A stretch of DNA of 64,000 nucleotides from Candidatus Margulisiibacteriota bacterium (GTDB lineage: Bacteria; Margulisbacteria; Marinamargulisbacteria; JBFWNS01). This document shows, in pieces, positions 19,930 to 30,740 of this stretch (position 1 is the stretch's first letter; every line of letters starts with the position of its first letter). The notes beneath the pieces were generated by a model. The model ran no database searches. It saw only the letters and a list, made by a program, of their open reading frames with translations, and had not been told where the DNA came from. Location: assembly GCA_050250935.1 (NCBI GenBank), contig JBFWNS010000001.1, positions 18,331 through 82,330 of the forward strand, read 5' to 3'. The position numbers and the translations under genes are program-made.

Positions 19930-20523
19930 ATGATTAAAGTCAAAAAAGTTAAGCTCGATAAAAAAGACGAAAAAATAGAAATCTTATGGGAAGTGGATCG
20001 CGGGCCCGCAGGTGATGATGAGCTTTCTCTCCGATGCAAAGATGAGGCAAGACCGGAGTTTTATTCGGCTATCCAATCTTTGGCAAAGCATTGGAAAGAA
20101 GTCCTTGAGCTTGATAGTGAAAAAATAGAGCCCCAGGTCAGTAGCGTATCCTTTAGCTGGACCCGAGATGATATGGGTGTGCCAGTTATGGGTGTTACGA
20201 TTTACGCCTCTGTCAGCCTCAATAAAAGCACTGGGGTTTGGGGATGTAACACACCTCACAGAATTGAGTCATTCTACTCTCAAAACGGCGGTGATGAAGG
20301 TCAGTTGATGAGCGATGACCTTGCCTCTGATTGCAAGGCATTACTGTCTGAAGCCGAACACTATATTCAAGGTGAACGGGCACAGCAAAACCTTTTTAGC
20401 TTATCCACATTGGATAGCAAGAAATTTGATGACTGCACACCAACAGAACAGAACTTAAAAGCTAGCCTTGTGAGTCGCCATGTTCGTGAAAAGGCTCTTG
20501 AGAAAGGATTGGTGACAGCATGA
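19930..20523 (+). CDS. Phage hypothetical protein
   Basis: GGAGAGG RBS; 197-aa ORF in the early operon. Confidence 0.65.
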   Translation: MIKVKKVKLDKKDEKIEILWEVDRGPAGDDELSLRCKDEARPEFYSAIQSLAKHWKEVLELDSEKIEPQVSSVSFSWTRDDMGVPVMGVTIYASVSLNKSTGVWGCNTPHRIESFYSQNGGDEGQLMSDDLASDCKALLSEAEHYIQGERAQQNLFSLSTLDSKKFDDCTPTEQNLKASLVSRHVREKALEKGLVTA

Positions 20524-20559
20524 TCAACAACCCAGTAAACAAGCAAAAGGGAGTCTCAC

Positions 20560-20700
20560 ATGATTCCTAAATGGATCTTCCCTTTGATGTTGATTGCTTT
20601 GGATATCTGCGCTGCTTGCGTGTATGCATTTGATGGGGATCTTAGAAAGACAGTCTATTGGTTTTCAGCGGCAGCACTCACAACGGCTGTAACGTTTTAA
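20560..20700 (+). CDS. Small phage membrane protein (46 aa)
   Basis: MIPKWIFPLMLIALDICAACVYAFDGDLRKTVYWFSAAALTTAVTF after AGGGAG RBS; below the ORF-track cutoff. Confidence 0.6.
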   Translation: MIPKWIFPLMLIALDICAACVYAFDGDLRKTVYWFSAAALTTAVTF

Positions 20701-20717
20701 GTATGTGAAGGAGGTAA

Positions 20718-21098
20718 TTGGGTATGTTCAGATTATTTGATTCGATTGAACAGTCTATTGGTAGGGAAAACGCAATGCGGTTAATTAGCAGCGTTCCTCG
20801 TAGGGGTAAGCGATCATGGCGAGTCGAGTTCTACATTCCCAAACGTATCGACGGTAACCACATGTTAGTACGGACACTCGGCGCAGACCTTGCAGAACGT
20901 TTATCCAGAGACCTTGGAGGCATGTCTATTCAAACCCAGAATGGCAACTCGGTGTATCGACACTTCCGCAATCAATCCATTCGTCGGCTGGCCGGTGACG
21001 GAATGCCGATTCCTCAGATTGCAAACATGATGGATCTGTCTGTGCGAATGGTCAGGAATATCGTGGGTCCTTCTCAGGGGGGTGTGCATTGCGGGTAG
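20718..21098 (+). CDS. Mor/C-like late transcription activator
   Basis: FYIPK, RNQSIRRL...GMPIPQIANMMDLSVRMVRNI C-terminal HTH; precedes packaging genes. Confidence 0.65.
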   Translation: MGMFRLFDSIEQSIGRENAMRLISSVPRRGKRSWRVEFYIPKRIDGNHMLVRTLGADLAERLSRDLGGMSIQTQNGNSVYRHFRNQSIRRLAGDGMPIPQIANMMDLSVRMVRNIVGPSQGGVHCG

Positions 21099-21110
21099 GA
21101 CGTGGCCGCG
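21065..21110 (+). other. Putative lambda-type cos site (cosQ + cosN)
   Basis: GGGTCCT, 23 nt, 12-mer GTAGGACGTGGC, then CGCG: same layout as lambda cosQ-cosN. Confidence 0.6.
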
Positions 21111-21237
21111 ATATTTCATTTCTGCGTGACAAAAAAAATTCATTTCGTTTCGTTTTTTTTGACCATTTTCGTGCGTGGGACCCCTCAAAAAGTGGCTCAC
21201 TTGGACGACGACCCATTTCGTTTTGGAGGACTATTGA

Positions 21238-22608
21238 ATGACAAAAACCCAATCAACTATCGAAACCCTTTTAATCAGTGAATTAAAACCGTATGAATCT
21301 AACCCAAGAACACATTCTGAAGACCAAGTTAAGCAGATAGCCGACAGCATTCAGGAGTTCGGTTTTACCAATCCGGTACTCGTCAACGATGAGTCAATGA
21401 TTATAGCCGGTCACGGACGATTCCTTGCTGCCAAGAAGTTGGGATTAAACAAGGTCCCTTGCATCCGGCTATCTCACTTATCCGAAGCACAAGTAAAGGC
21501 CTATATCATTGCCGACAACAAGCTGGCTTTGAATGCTGGGTGGGATAAAGAACTCCTGACCTTGGAGCTGGGGTGTTTAAGGGATGAGTACGGGTACGAT
21601 TTAAAGCTGACTGGATTTTCAGAGGATGAACTATTGGAGCTTCTCTTGGATGAAGACCTGGAAGAGGATGGCAACACTGATGATGATGCAGTTCCGGATA
21701 CCGAAGAGAAGGTAGTCACCAAGACCGGAGATGTCTGGATACTTGGAAATCATCGGCTAATGTGTGGTGACAGCACAAAAAAAAACGATGTGGACAAGCT
21801 CATTGCCGGGTCACTGTGTGACGGCTGCTGGACCGATCCACCTTACAACGTCAATTACGAAGGTAAAACAGAGGACCGGCTCAAGATCCAGAATGACAAA
21901 ATGGGAGCGGGAGACTTTTCAAAATTTATCAAAGCAACCTATGAATCTGCCTACGCAGCTTTAAAGCCAGGATCCGCAATTTATGTGGCCCATGCTGACA
22001 CCGAAGGCTTAACATTTCGCTCAGAGTTTGTGGGTGTCGGATTCAAGCTGTCCGGCTGTTTGATTTGGGTGAAAAACTCCATGGTGCTTGGCCGATCTGA
22101 CTATCAATGGAAACACGAGCCGATCCTGTATGGCTGGAAGCCTGGAAAGTCGCATCGGTGGTACGGAGGCAGGAATAAAACCACGGTCACGGAGTCCGGT
22201 GGAGTGCTGCCGTTTGTCATTCTTCCGGATGGACGGCTTCAAGTGAACGTTGGCGACAGTGCCGTGATTCTCAGCGGTGACAACATGGTTGTTGAAGAAG
22301 TTGTTGGCTCCGTACTTCGCCATGAGAAGCCAACAAAAAACCTAGAACATCCGACTATGAAGCCGGTATCCCTCATACTTTCAATGCTGAAGAACAGCAC
22401 GAAGCGAGGCGACATTGTATTGGACCTGTTCGGGGGTTCCGGATCCACATTGATTGCTTGCGAAAAAATTGGACGTGCTTCCAGGTTGATGGAGCTGGAT
22501 CCTGTCTTTTGCGATGTGATTGTCAGACGTTGGCAAAACTTCACCGGTAAAGAAGCCGTTCGTGAATCCGGTGACCGAAAGTTTAGCGCACAGGCAAATG
22601 CGAAATAA
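21238..22608 (+). CDS. ParB-like N-terminal domain fused to N6/N4 DNA methyltransferase
   Basis: IIAGHGR, ADNKLA; TDPPYN, HPTMKP, LDLFGGSGSTLIA motifs. Confidence 0.9.
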   Translation: MTKTQSTIETLLISELKPYESNPRTHSEDQVKQIADSIQEFGFTNPVLVNDESMIIAGHGRFLAAKKLGLNKVPCIRLSHLSEAQVKAYIIADNKLALNAGWDKELLTLELGCLRDEYGYDLKLTGFSEDELLELLLDEDLEEDGNTDDDAVPDTEEKVVTKTGDVWILGNHRLMCGDSTKKNDVDKLIAGSLCDGCWTDPPYNVNYEGKTEDRLKIQNDKMGAGDFSKFIKATYESAYAALKPGSAIYVAHADTEGLTFRSEFVGVGFKLSGCLIWVKNSMVLGRSDYQWKHEPILYGWKPGKSHRWYGGRNKTTVTESGGVLPFVILPDGRLQVNVGDSAVILSGDNMVVEEVVGSVLRHEKPTKNLEHPTMKPVSLILSMLKNSTKRGDIVLDLFGGSGSTLIACEKIGRASRLMELDPVFCDVIVRRWQNFTGKEAVRESGDRKFSAQANAK

Positions 22609-23104
22609 TGTACCCACATACCCTGTTCAAACGATTGCGAAGCTGCTTCTCATTTCTGAAAGGCGGGTGCAACAACTTACCAAAGAAGGGGTACTCCCAA
22701 AGTCCAATCGCGGGAAATACGAACTTGCGCCTACCATCCAAGGATACGTCCGGTATCTTCAAGAGCGGGTGGCCGGTAATGCCGCTCAGTCAACCAATAT
22801 TGAGTACCACAAAGAGAAGGCCAGGAAGACCAAAGCTGAAGCCGATATCGCTGAAATGGAAGCGGCTAGGATGGCTGGTGAATTGGTTCCGGTTGAGGAA
22901 GTAAAAATGACCTGGTCAAACTTGGCATCGGAGGTATGTACCCGGTTGCGTAACGTTCCCACACGAGTGGTCTCCTCTGTTATCGGAGAGACTGACGAGA
23001 ACCGACTTAAATCTGTTTTGTTAAATGAAATCGACTCTGCGTTGACCGCAATTGCAGACGGAAACTCTCGTGGATCTCGCAAACCTGCAAAAAATAACAA
23101 GTGA
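22598..23104 (+). CDS. Terminase small subunit (Nu1-like)
   Basis: IAKLLLISERRVQQL winged HTH plus coiled coil, just upstream of the large subunit. Confidence 0.82.
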   Translation: MRNNVPTYPVQTIAKLLLISERRVQQLTKEGVLPKSNRGKYELAPTIQGYVRYLQERVAGNAAQSTNIEYHKEKARKTKAEADIAEMEAARMAGELVPVEEVKMTWSNLASEVCTRLRNVPTRVVSSVIGETDENRLKSVLLNEIDSALTAIADGNSRGSRKPAKNNK

Positions 23105-24950
23105 TGTCCGTGAATTTTTCAGGCCGCCTGAAAATCTCAAGCCCAGCGAATGGGCCGAACGAAATATTTATATCCCCGTTGGCAACGCTCTTCCGGGGTT
23201 AATTCGTTTCGATAATGCGCCTTACCAGCGGGAGCCTCTCGATATGCTGGCAAATCCGGAGTGCCGGAAAATCACTTTAATGTGGGCGGCACAGACTGGT
23301 AAAACCAACGTTGTGAATTGCGGCATAGGTTTCTTTGTGGCTAAAACCCCGCAGTCTCAAATCGTAATGTTTCCCACCCAGGGAGATATGTCGACTTGGC
23401 TTGAAACCAAGCTAAATGCTTTCGTTTCAGCAAGCCAAGTATTGCAGGAACGAATCGCCAAACCTCGGGGGCGTCAGGGGGTTAACAATCAACGAATGAA
23501 ATCATATCCGGGCGGGTTTCTAATGTTCTCTTGGTCGGGCAGTCCAAACACAATGCGAGGCCGGTCTGCACCCAAGATTTACTGCGATGAGGTGGATGGG
23601 TACGAGGTGACACCGGAGGGCGACCCGATTAATTTGTTGTGGCAAAGGGCTGCCACCTTTGGGGACAATCGCTTACTGTTGGCAACCAGTACGCCTACGG
23701 TAAAAGACATCAGCCGGATTGAAAAATCGTTTGATGAGGGTGACAAACGTCGGTATTGGCTACCATGTCCATTTTGTGGTGAGTATCAGCACCTTAAGTG
23801 GGCTCAGGTTAAATGGGACAAAGATGAGCAAGGAGAACATCTTCCGGAGACGGCCAGGTATGAATGTGAGTTTTGCCGTGGTGAAATCAAAGATGGCCAT
23901 AAGCTGGCAATGCTTCGGTCCGGTAAATGGCAAGGTGAAAAACCATTTCGTGGCCACGCAAGTTATCACCTTAACGAATTGTATAGCCCGTTCCGACGGT
24001 TTAGAGACATCGTTGGATCCTTCTTGGAAAAGAAACAAAGCAACGACCTACAAACCTTTGTGAATGTATCTCTTGCCGAAACCTGGGAAGAGCAAGGAGA
24101 GAAAGTCGACTCTACCGGCTTAATGAAGCGGGTTGAATCTTACTCTGCATCTGTTCCCAAAGGCGGGTTAATTCTTACTGCCGGGGTCGATATGCAAACT
24201 GATCGTCTCGAAGTGGAATTGGTAGCATGGGGCTTTGGAGAGGAGTCGTGGTCCATTGATTATAAAGTCCTTTGGGGTGACCCTCTGCATGGCGACGTTT
24301 GGGAAGATTTGGACGATTACTTGGCTACCACCTGGAGACATGAATCCGGGAATGAACTTCCCATATCTGCAGCTTGCCTCGATACCGGAGGTACCAGTGG
24401 GTACACTCAAGCGGCTTATGACTACGTTAAGCGGAAGTCTGGCAGAAGAGTATTTGCTATCAAGGGTGTTGGTGGATGGGGGCGGCCTATTGTTGCGGCT
24501 CCAAGCCGTAAACGTTCCGGGCCAAAACAGCGGAAGGTTGATCTGTTTGCTGTAGGCACCGATGAAGCCAAGTTGGTAATTGCTCGTCGATTAGGTATTA
24601 CGGATCCAGGGCCGGGATATTGTCACTTTCCGGATAGCCGAGATCCAGAGTGGTTTCACCAGCTAACAGCAGAGCGTCTTATCACCAGGTATTCGAAGGG
24701 ATTTCCAATCCGAGAATGGCATAAGACCCGTCCACGTAACGAAGCTTTGGATGCCCGAGTTTACGCCTTGGCAGCGTTAAAAATTATGAGTCCGAATTAT
24801 CAGAAACTTGCAGAACGGGTAGCTTCGCCTTTGAAAGAAACAATCAGCAAAGACAAGCAACAAATTCAAGCAAAAACACCTGCAAAAGATCAGTCTAAAA
24901 AATCCTTAAACAGGCAACGAAGAACCGGGGGTTGGTTGAAGTCTTGGTAA
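23052..24950 (+). CDS. Terminase large subunit (lambda GpA family)
   Basis: PYQREP, AQTGKT, DEVDGY, STPT, CPFC, GVDMQ, NEALD motifs. Confidence 0.95.
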   Translation: MQTETLVDLANLQKITSDVREFFRPPENLKPSEWAERNIYIPVGNALPGLIRFDNAPYQREPLDMLANPECRKITLMWAAQTGKTNVVNCGIGFFVAKTPQSQIVMFPTQGDMSTWLETKLNAFVSASQVLQERIAKPRGRQGVNNQRMKSYPGGFLMFSWSGSPNTMRGRSAPKIYCDEVDGYEVTPEGDPINLLWQRAATFGDNRLLLATSTPTVKDISRIEKSFDEGDKRRYWLPCPFCGEYQHLKWAQVKWDKDEQGEHLPETARYECEFCRGEIKDGHKLAMLRSGKWQGEKPFRGHASYHLNELYSPFRRFRDIVGSFLEKKQSNDLQTFVNVSLAETWEEQGEKVDSTGLMKRVESYSASVPKGGLILTAGVDMQTDRLEVELVAWGFGEESWSIDYKVLWGDPLHGDVWEDLDDYLATTWRHESGNELPISAACLDTGGTSGYTQAAYDYVKRKSGRRVFAIKGVGGWGRPIVAAPSRKRSGPKQRKVDLFAVGTDEAKLVIARRLGITDPGPGYCHFPDSRDPEWFHQLTAERLITRYSKGFPIREWHKTRPRNEALDARVYALAALKIMSPNYQKLAERVASPLKETISKDKQQIQAKTPAKDQSKKSLNRQRRTGGWLKSW

Positions 24951-24969
24951 TAAAATATAATTGATTCCT

Positions 24970-25758
24970 ATGGATCAAAAACTAGCTTCCAATTTAGATA
25001 GATTTAAGAAGGAATTAGACGAGCTAATATTACTCGGCAAAGGAATTTTGGCTTCGCTTTGCGATGAATTAGAACAGAAATATGAAAACAAATCAAAAAA
25101 GGCACAAAAAAAGGATTTGCCCAGCTTCCAATTAAATTATGAACGATGGTACTCAGTTTCAATGCAAGTAATTAAGCAACTACTTCCTGATCGCTTGAAT
25201 GATTTTAATAGATTGTATCGGGATGAAAAACGCCGAGAAATTGACTATTTAACCTACGGGATCGCTGACTATATGCTTGGACTCCAAACCTCCCGAAATG
25301 GAAAAGTAATAGCAGATGGTAAAGCCGCTCTTCCAAAGTTTATACAACAGCTAGATATTCTTTCTTCTGCTAAATCCCGTTTAGAAAGCTCCTTGTTTGA
25401 TATGAAAGAAATTGTCCAAGCTGACCTATTTGATTCCGAATTAGACTCTGCAAAAGGATTATCTAAAAAGGGCTTTTATAGAGCGGCGGGTGCTGTAGCT
25501 GGCGTGGTAGTTGAGAAACACCTCAAAAATGTTTGTCAAAATCATGGTGCTTCAATGAAAAAGAAAGACCCAACTATTAATGATTTAAATCAAGCCCTAA
25601 AGGATGCTGATGTTATAGATGTACCAACTTGGAGAAAAATCCAGCATTTGGGAGATATACGAAATCTTTGCGACCACGCTAAGGATAAAGAACCCACAAA
25701 AGATGACATTGAAGACCTTCTGTCCGGTGTTTCTAAAATCATAAAAACTTTATTCTGA
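24970..25758 (+). CDS. HEPN-like (DUF4145-type) moron protein
   Basis: AAGAVAGVVVEKHL and RNLCDH (RxxxxH); AT-rich insert between terminase and head genes. Confidence 0.7.
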   Translation: MDQKLASNLDRFKKELDELILLGKGILASLCDELEQKYENKSKKAQKKDLPSFQLNYERWYSVSMQVIKQLLPDRLNDFNRLYRDEKRREIDYLTYGIADYMLGLQTSRNGKVIADGKAALPKFIQQLDILSSAKSRLESSLFDMKEIVQADLFDSELDSAKGLSKKGFYRAAGAVAGVVVEKHLKNVCQNHGASMKKKDPTINDLNQALKDADVIDVPTWRKIQHLGDIRNLCDHAKDKEPTKDDIEDLLSGVSKIIKTLF

Positions 25759-25806
25759 AATCCCGCCAGTATCTAAGACCTTAAAATCAACCAACAATGT
25801 CTCGGT

Positions 25807-26346
25807 ATGGACTGTATACCAAGGACCATCCGCGCAGGTACAACACTTAAATTTTTACTTCACCTATCGGCCTATCCCGCGCCGGGGTGGACCGCTTCGC
25901 TTATCCTTCGAGGGCCTTCACAAATTGACCTAACTTCAACCTCCGACGGTACCAAACACTTGTTTGAATCCGACCCGGATACCACCGGCGAATGGTCCCA
26001 AGGGAAATATTGGTATGCCCTACGTGTAGAGAAGGATGGAACAATCTTTCAAATTCAGGACGGCACTGTGCGAATTGAAGCGGATTTGGCTTCAATAACG
26101 GCACCATTCGATGGCCGTGACCATGTCCGAAAAGTCTTGGATGCCATAGAAGCCGTTATCGAAGGCCGGGCAACCATAGACCAAGAGAGCTACACGATTA
26201 ACAACAGACAATTGCGGCGTACTCCCATTGCCGACCTTTTGAAATTACGCGACCGCTACAAGGAAGAATTACGTCGTCAGGAAAGTGCAAAAAAGAGCGG
26301 CGGCAGCCTTTTGGGAAGGCCCGTTTATGTGAGGTTTAACGGATGA
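25807..26346 (+). CDS. Head-tail joining protein (gpW-like)
   Basis: SYTINNRQL...IADLLKLR motif, position before portal. Confidence 0.7.
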   Translation: MDCIPRTIRAGTTLKFLLHLSAYPAPGWTASLILRGPSQIDLTSTSDGTKHLFESDPDTTGEWSQGKYWYALRVEKDGTIFQIQDGTVRIEADLASITAPFDGRDHVRKVLDAIEAVIEGRATIDQESYTINNRQLRRTPIADLLKLRDRYKEELRRQESAKKSGGSLLGRPVYVRFNG

Positions 26347-27881
26347 GTATTTTTGATTTTTTCCGCAAAGATGATTCCTTGAATCAACTTGCAGCTCTGG
26401 CAACCATAACGACATTGAACAAACGAACCCGTCGCGGATCCGGACAACGCATGTTTCAAGCTGGGCAAAGTGACAGGCTTACTGAAAAGTGGACTTCGTT
26501 TCCGGTCACGGCAGACCAAATCATCCGAGATCATCAACGGGTGCTTGTATCTCGGTCTCGGGAACAGGCCGTTAATAACGACTACGGCAAAGCATTTATC
26601 CGGATGTGTACTCAAAACATCGTTGGACCTCGCGGGGTAATACTTCAGGCCCAAAGCCGTGATCCAAACGGACGGCTGGATACCTTAGCCAATGACGCCA
26701 TTGAGTGGGCGTGGTGGGATTGGGGCCGAAAAAAGAATTGCGATATTACCGGCACGCAATCTTGGCGGTCTATACAGTCTTCTTGTATTGCAAGTGCTGC
26801 TAAAGACGGCGAGTTTATGATTCGAATTCTCAGGGGCAGAGAGGCAGGGCCTTGGGGCATTTCCCTCCAAGTTATTGATCCGGTCCGCTGTCCTGTGGAC
26901 TTTGAGGAAATGAGGATTTCCTCAGGGAATTTCATACGGCACGGAATTGAATTCACCCCTTACGGGCGACCGGTTGCCTATTACTTCTCCTCTACCCAAG
27001 ACGATGATGTGTATTACCGATTGGGCGGTCGGAACTATGTTCGCGTGCCAGCCGAAGAAATTATTCACGGATTCAGTTCGGATATTGTCGGCCAAAAGCG
27101 CGGACTTCCTTGGATGGCTACATCACTTTACCGGATGAAAATGCTTCACGGTTTTGAAGACGCTGCCTTGGTAAATGCCCGGGTTACTGCCTCCAAAATG
27201 GGCTTTTTTGAACGTGAAGAAGGATATGGCCCCGAAGACGACGAAGACTACGAACTGACCATGGATGTTGAGCCCGGGATGTACCGAGAGCTACCCCCTG
27301 GAGTTCGGGTAAAAGAGATTAATCCTCAATACCCCAACGGCGAGCTGGCGGTATTCAGTAAGTCGATGTTGAGAGGTATCGCCTCGGGGTTAGGAGTTGC
27401 GTACAACAACCTGGCCAATGATCTTGAAGGGGTCAATTACAGCAGCATTCGGCAAGGTACTTTGGATGAACGGGAGCATTGGAAAGACCTTCAGGAATGG
27501 TTCATCGAAGCGTTGGTTGAACCGGTTTTTGAAGCGTGGCTTCCCATTGCACTGTTGTCCGGACGCATCACGGTTAAGGACAAGCCGTTAAAAGCTGAAC
27601 GCTTGGACAAGTACCGAATTGTGGAGTGGCAGCCCCGCCGCTGGCAGTGGATCGACCCAAGGGCGGATGTGGTTGCAGCAGTGGAATCCAAAAACAATTT
27701 ACTGACTTCACCCGGCCAAATTATTCGCGACCAAGGCCGTGATCCGGACGCAGTGTGGAGAGAAATTGCATCGGACATAAACCAGATGCGGGAAGCCGGG
27801 ATTCCGGATGAATTTATTCAAGCAGCTTTAGGCCGAAAAGGAGAAATAAAAGATGTCCCAGAAAAAACAAATAACGATTGA
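26343..27881 (+). CDS. Portal protein, lambda family
   Basis: GQKRGLP, NYSSIR, WQWIDP motifs. Confidence 0.93.
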   Translation: MSIFDFFRKDDSLNQLAALATITTLNKRTRRGSGQRMFQAGQSDRLTEKWTSFPVTADQIIRDHQRVLVSRSREQAVNNDYGKAFIRMCTQNIVGPRGVILQAQSRDPNGRLDTLANDAIEWAWWDWGRKKNCDITGTQSWRSIQSSCIASAAKDGEFMIRILRGREAGPWGISLQVIDPVRCPVDFEEMRISSGNFIRHGIEFTPYGRPVAYYFSSTQDDDVYYRLGGRNYVRVPAEEIIHGFSSDIVGQKRGLPWMATSLYRMKMLHGFEDAALVNARVTASKMGFFEREEGYGPEDDEDYELTMDVEPGMYRELPPGVRVKEINPQYPNGELAVFSKSMLRGIASGLGVAYNNLANDLEGVNYSSIRQGTLDEREHWKDLQEWFIEALVEPVFEAWLPIALLSGRITVKDKPLKAERLDKYRIVEWQPRRWQWIDPRADVVAAVESKNNLLTSPGQIIRDQGRDPDAVWREIASDINQMREAGIPDEFIQAALGRKGEIKDVPEKTNND

Positions 27882-29730
27882 GCAATTGAACCGGGACGGA
27901 ATGTCACGGTATGCGGAAATTACCAGTGTTTCCGAGTCCGAGAGAACTGTCGAACTGTCCTTCAGCTCAGAAGAAGCCGAAGTTCAGCGTTGGTTCGGCA
28001 TCGAAAAGCTCGACCATTCCCCTGGTGCGGTTCGTTTGGACCGCATAAATCAGGGCGGAGCATTGCTTGTAAACCATGACCGTGATGACCAAGTTGGGGT
28101 CAACGAAAAGGCTTGGATTTCTTATGAGGAAAGGAAAGGCCGCGCAGTAGTCCGCTTTGGCAAAAGCGCACGGGCGCAGGAAATTTTCGACGACGTTAAA
28201 GACAAAATCAGGCAGAACGTATCGGTGAACTACTTCGTGCATGCGATGAAGCTGCTGGAAACCCGTAGTGACGGTGAGGATGTCTACCTCATGACCGATT
28301 GGGAACCAGCCGAAATCAGCATTGTGTCTGTGCCTGCCGACACGGGAGTTGGCATTGGACGCAGTGAAAATACGCCAGTAGTACCTACCGAGCACGGACT
28401 GCCATTATCAACGCAAGAGGAGCGTGAATTACCTATGAAAAATGAACAAAATCAAGAAGTACGGACCACTGAGCCTCAAGCTCCTACGGTAACCGTGCAA
28501 GAAAGAACACAACCAGAAGAATCAAAGGCAATTAGCCAGTTAGGCCGCCAATATGGCGAGTCTGAAATGGCATTAAAATTTATCGAAGAAGGCAAAACAT
28601 CTGCTGAATTTCAGCGGGCTTTATTGGATAAGCTAAACGAACGTGGAAGCAAACCGCTTAAAGATATGGACACACCGGAAATCGGGTTATCCGAACGGGA
28701 AGCCGGGAAGTTTAGCTTCGTAAAAGCAATTCGTGCTTTGGCCAATCCCGGAGATATTGCATTGCGAGATGCTGCCGGTTTTGAGTTTGAGTGCTCTCGT
28801 GCTGCTGCCAAGAAATTAGGACGTGATGCACAAGGGATTTTAGTTCCTTACGAGGTTCTATCTCGGGCTATTACCACATCAACAGCCGGTAACGTTGCCG
28901 GTGCAACTGGCGGACATTTGGTCGGAACCACTCACATGGCCGGTAGCTTTATCGATGTCCTACGAAATCGAACCGTTGTTATGCGGATGGCCATGGTGTT
29001 ATCCGGTTTGGTTGGAAACATCGAGGTTCCAAAACAAACATCAGGTGGACAAGGATACTGGGTTGGTGAAGATGGGGATGCGACGGAATCCGGTGCGGAA
29101 TTCGGGCAAATTGCTATGGGTCCAAAAACAGTTGGCGCTTATACGGAAATCACCCGCAAATTGCTTCAACAGTCTACTCCGGATATTGAGACACTCGTTC
29201 GGATGGATTTGGCTAAGTCGTTGGCCATTACCATTGATAAGGCCGCTTTTTACGGGACCGGTGACAATAACCAGCCGTTAGGAATCATTGCAACTGATGG
29301 GATTAACGTTTCGGAATTTACGGCGGCCAACCCGACATTTGCTGAGATCGTCGAGATGGAATCCAAGATCGCAGCCGACAATGCGGACGTGAATAGTATG
29401 GCTTACGTGATGAACGCTTTGATGCGAGGTCATTTAAAGACCACTCAAAAATTCCCCGGAGAAACCGTTAACAACGGCGGTTCGATTTGGGAACAAGGAA
29501 ACACCGTAAACGGATACGGAACCGAGGTTACCAATCAAATCACCACTGGTGACATTGTATTTGGGAACTTTGCCGATCTGATTATTGGTATGTGGGGTGC
29601 ATTGGATTTAACTGCCGATCCATACAGCAATTCTAAAAAAGGCCGTCTTCGAATCGTTGCATTTCAAGATGTCGATTATGCGTTGCGTCACCCAGAGTCG
29701 TTTTGTCTCGGACGCGAAGCTGAAGATTAG
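27853..29730 (+). CDS. Prohead protease-major capsid fusion protein
   Basis: LLVNHD and EISIVSVPAD protease motifs followed by HK97-fold capsid (WVGE, FGNF). Confidence 0.9.
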   Translation: MSQKKQITIEQLNRDGMSRYAEITSVSESERTVELSFSSEEAEVQRWFGIEKLDHSPGAVRLDRINQGGALLVNHDRDDQVGVNEKAWISYEERKGRAVVRFGKSARAQEIFDDVKDKIRQNVSVNYFVHAMKLLETRSDGEDVYLMTDWEPAEISIVSVPADTGVGIGRSENTPVVPTEHGLPLSTQEERELPMKNEQNQEVRTTEPQAPTVTVQERTQPEESKAISQLGRQYGESEMALKFIEEGKTSAEFQRALLDKLNERGSKPLKDMDTPEIGLSEREAGKFSFVKAIRALANPGDIALRDAAGFEFECSRAAAKKLGRDAQGILVPYEVLSRAITTSTAGNVAGATGGHLVGTTHMAGSFIDVLRNRTVVMRMAMVLSGLVGNIEVPKQTSGGQGYWVGEDGDATESGAEFGQIAMGPKTVGAYTEITRKLLQQSTPDIETLVRMDLAKSLAITIDKAAFYGTGDNNQPLGIIATDGINVSEFTAANPTFAEIVEMESKIAADNADVNSMAYVMNALMRGHLKTTQKFPGETVNNGGSIWEQGNTVNGYGTEVTNQITTGDIVFGNFADLIIGMWGALDLTADPYSNSKKGRLRIVAFQDVDYALRHPESFCLGREAED

Positions 29731-29742
29731 GAGGCAAAAACG

Positions 29743-30132
29743 ATGGCTAAAAACAGCAAGAACAAAGATAGCAAAGCCGGAGCTAAAAACTCCGGCCAAG
29801 TTCAAATTTCACAATCTCAACAAAGCCCTAAAGCCCCTGAGACTACCGTACGGAAAACTCGACCGGATACGGTATTGGTTGAGTTAACTGTTGCATCCGT
29901 TGTGAATAAACAAGTTGTCGGGGCAAAAAAAGTAGTGGAAGTCTCTCAAAAAGAAGCCGAAAAGCTTTACCGAAATGGCAAAGCAAAACCCTATGTTGAG
30001 AAAAAATCGTCTGCCAAAAATACAGAAACCCCGGCCAATCCTCCAGCACCTCAAACCGAGGAAAATGAAGTAAACGACGACGAAGAAACCGACTTAACCG
30101 GCGACGAAGACGAGGGCTCAGGTGATGAATGA
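29743..30132 (+). CDS. Phage hypothetical protein (capsid-adjacent)
   Basis: GGAGG RBS; basic N-terminus, acidic tail. Confidence 0.65.
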   Translation: MAKNSKNKDSKAGAKNSGQVQISQSQQSPKAPETTVRKTRPDTVLVELTVASVVNKQVVGAKKVVEVSQKEAEKLYRNGKAKPYVEKKSSAKNTETPANPPAPQTEENEVNDDEETDLTGDEDEGSGDE

Positions 30133-30736
30133 AATCATTTCACTTTTACCTGCTGAGTCCAGAAATGCCAACGCAACCGGGGACGCCGTAGACATCCGAG
30201 ACCTTGAAGGGTTTGCGGATTTGCTTTTAGACAGTACGGAAACACGGTTTAATTTGGAACTTAAAACCATCACAGTGACGAATGGCGGTAGCAGCTATAG
30301 CTCTACTCCTACAGTCAACTTCAGCGGAGGGGGTGGAACGGGAGCTGCTGCAACGGCAACTGTTTCCGGCAATGCCGTAACGGCAATCACAATTACCAAC
30401 AAAGGAAGCGGATATACATCGGCTCCTACAATCAGCTTTTCGGGAGGCGGTGGATCAGGGGCCGCTGCAACGGCAACGGTTACCGATCCTGCCACAAAGA
30501 CTGCTAAGTATTCGTTGGAGCATAGCGATGCTGAAGGTTCAGGGTTTACAACGGTAACTGAAGCAGACTTCACCACCGTAGGACATAGCGACGCACTGTT
30601 CCAAAAACTCACGCTTCAAACTGATAAGTTGAAGCGGTATGTCCGAGCCAAAATGACACTTGCATCTGCTGATTCCGGCAACCCGATTTCTACCATCGCA
30701 TCGATGCTCTTAATCGGTAAGAAAAAGTACGAATGA
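30125..30736 (+). CDS. Putative head decoration protein with Gly-rich repeat insertion
   Basis: LEHSD...KRYVR motifs; two GYTSAPT(I/V)xFSGGGG-type repeats. Confidence 0.6.
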   Translation: MNEIISLLPAESRNANATGDAVDIRDLEGFADLLLDSTETRFNLELKTITVTNGGSSYSSTPTVNFSGGGGTGAAATATVSGNAVTAITITNKGSGYTSAPTISFSGGGGSGAAATATVTDPATKTAKYSLEHSDAEGSGFTTVTEADFTTVGHSDALFQKLTLQTDKLKRYVRAKMTLASADSGNPISTIASMLLIGKKKYE

Positions 30737-30740
30737 GTCC

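Noticed and set aside
21238-22608. Methyltransferase as part of a restriction-modification system
   Set aside because: ParB-MTase fusions beside terminase genes are common orphan phage enzymes; no cognate endonuclease is adjacent.
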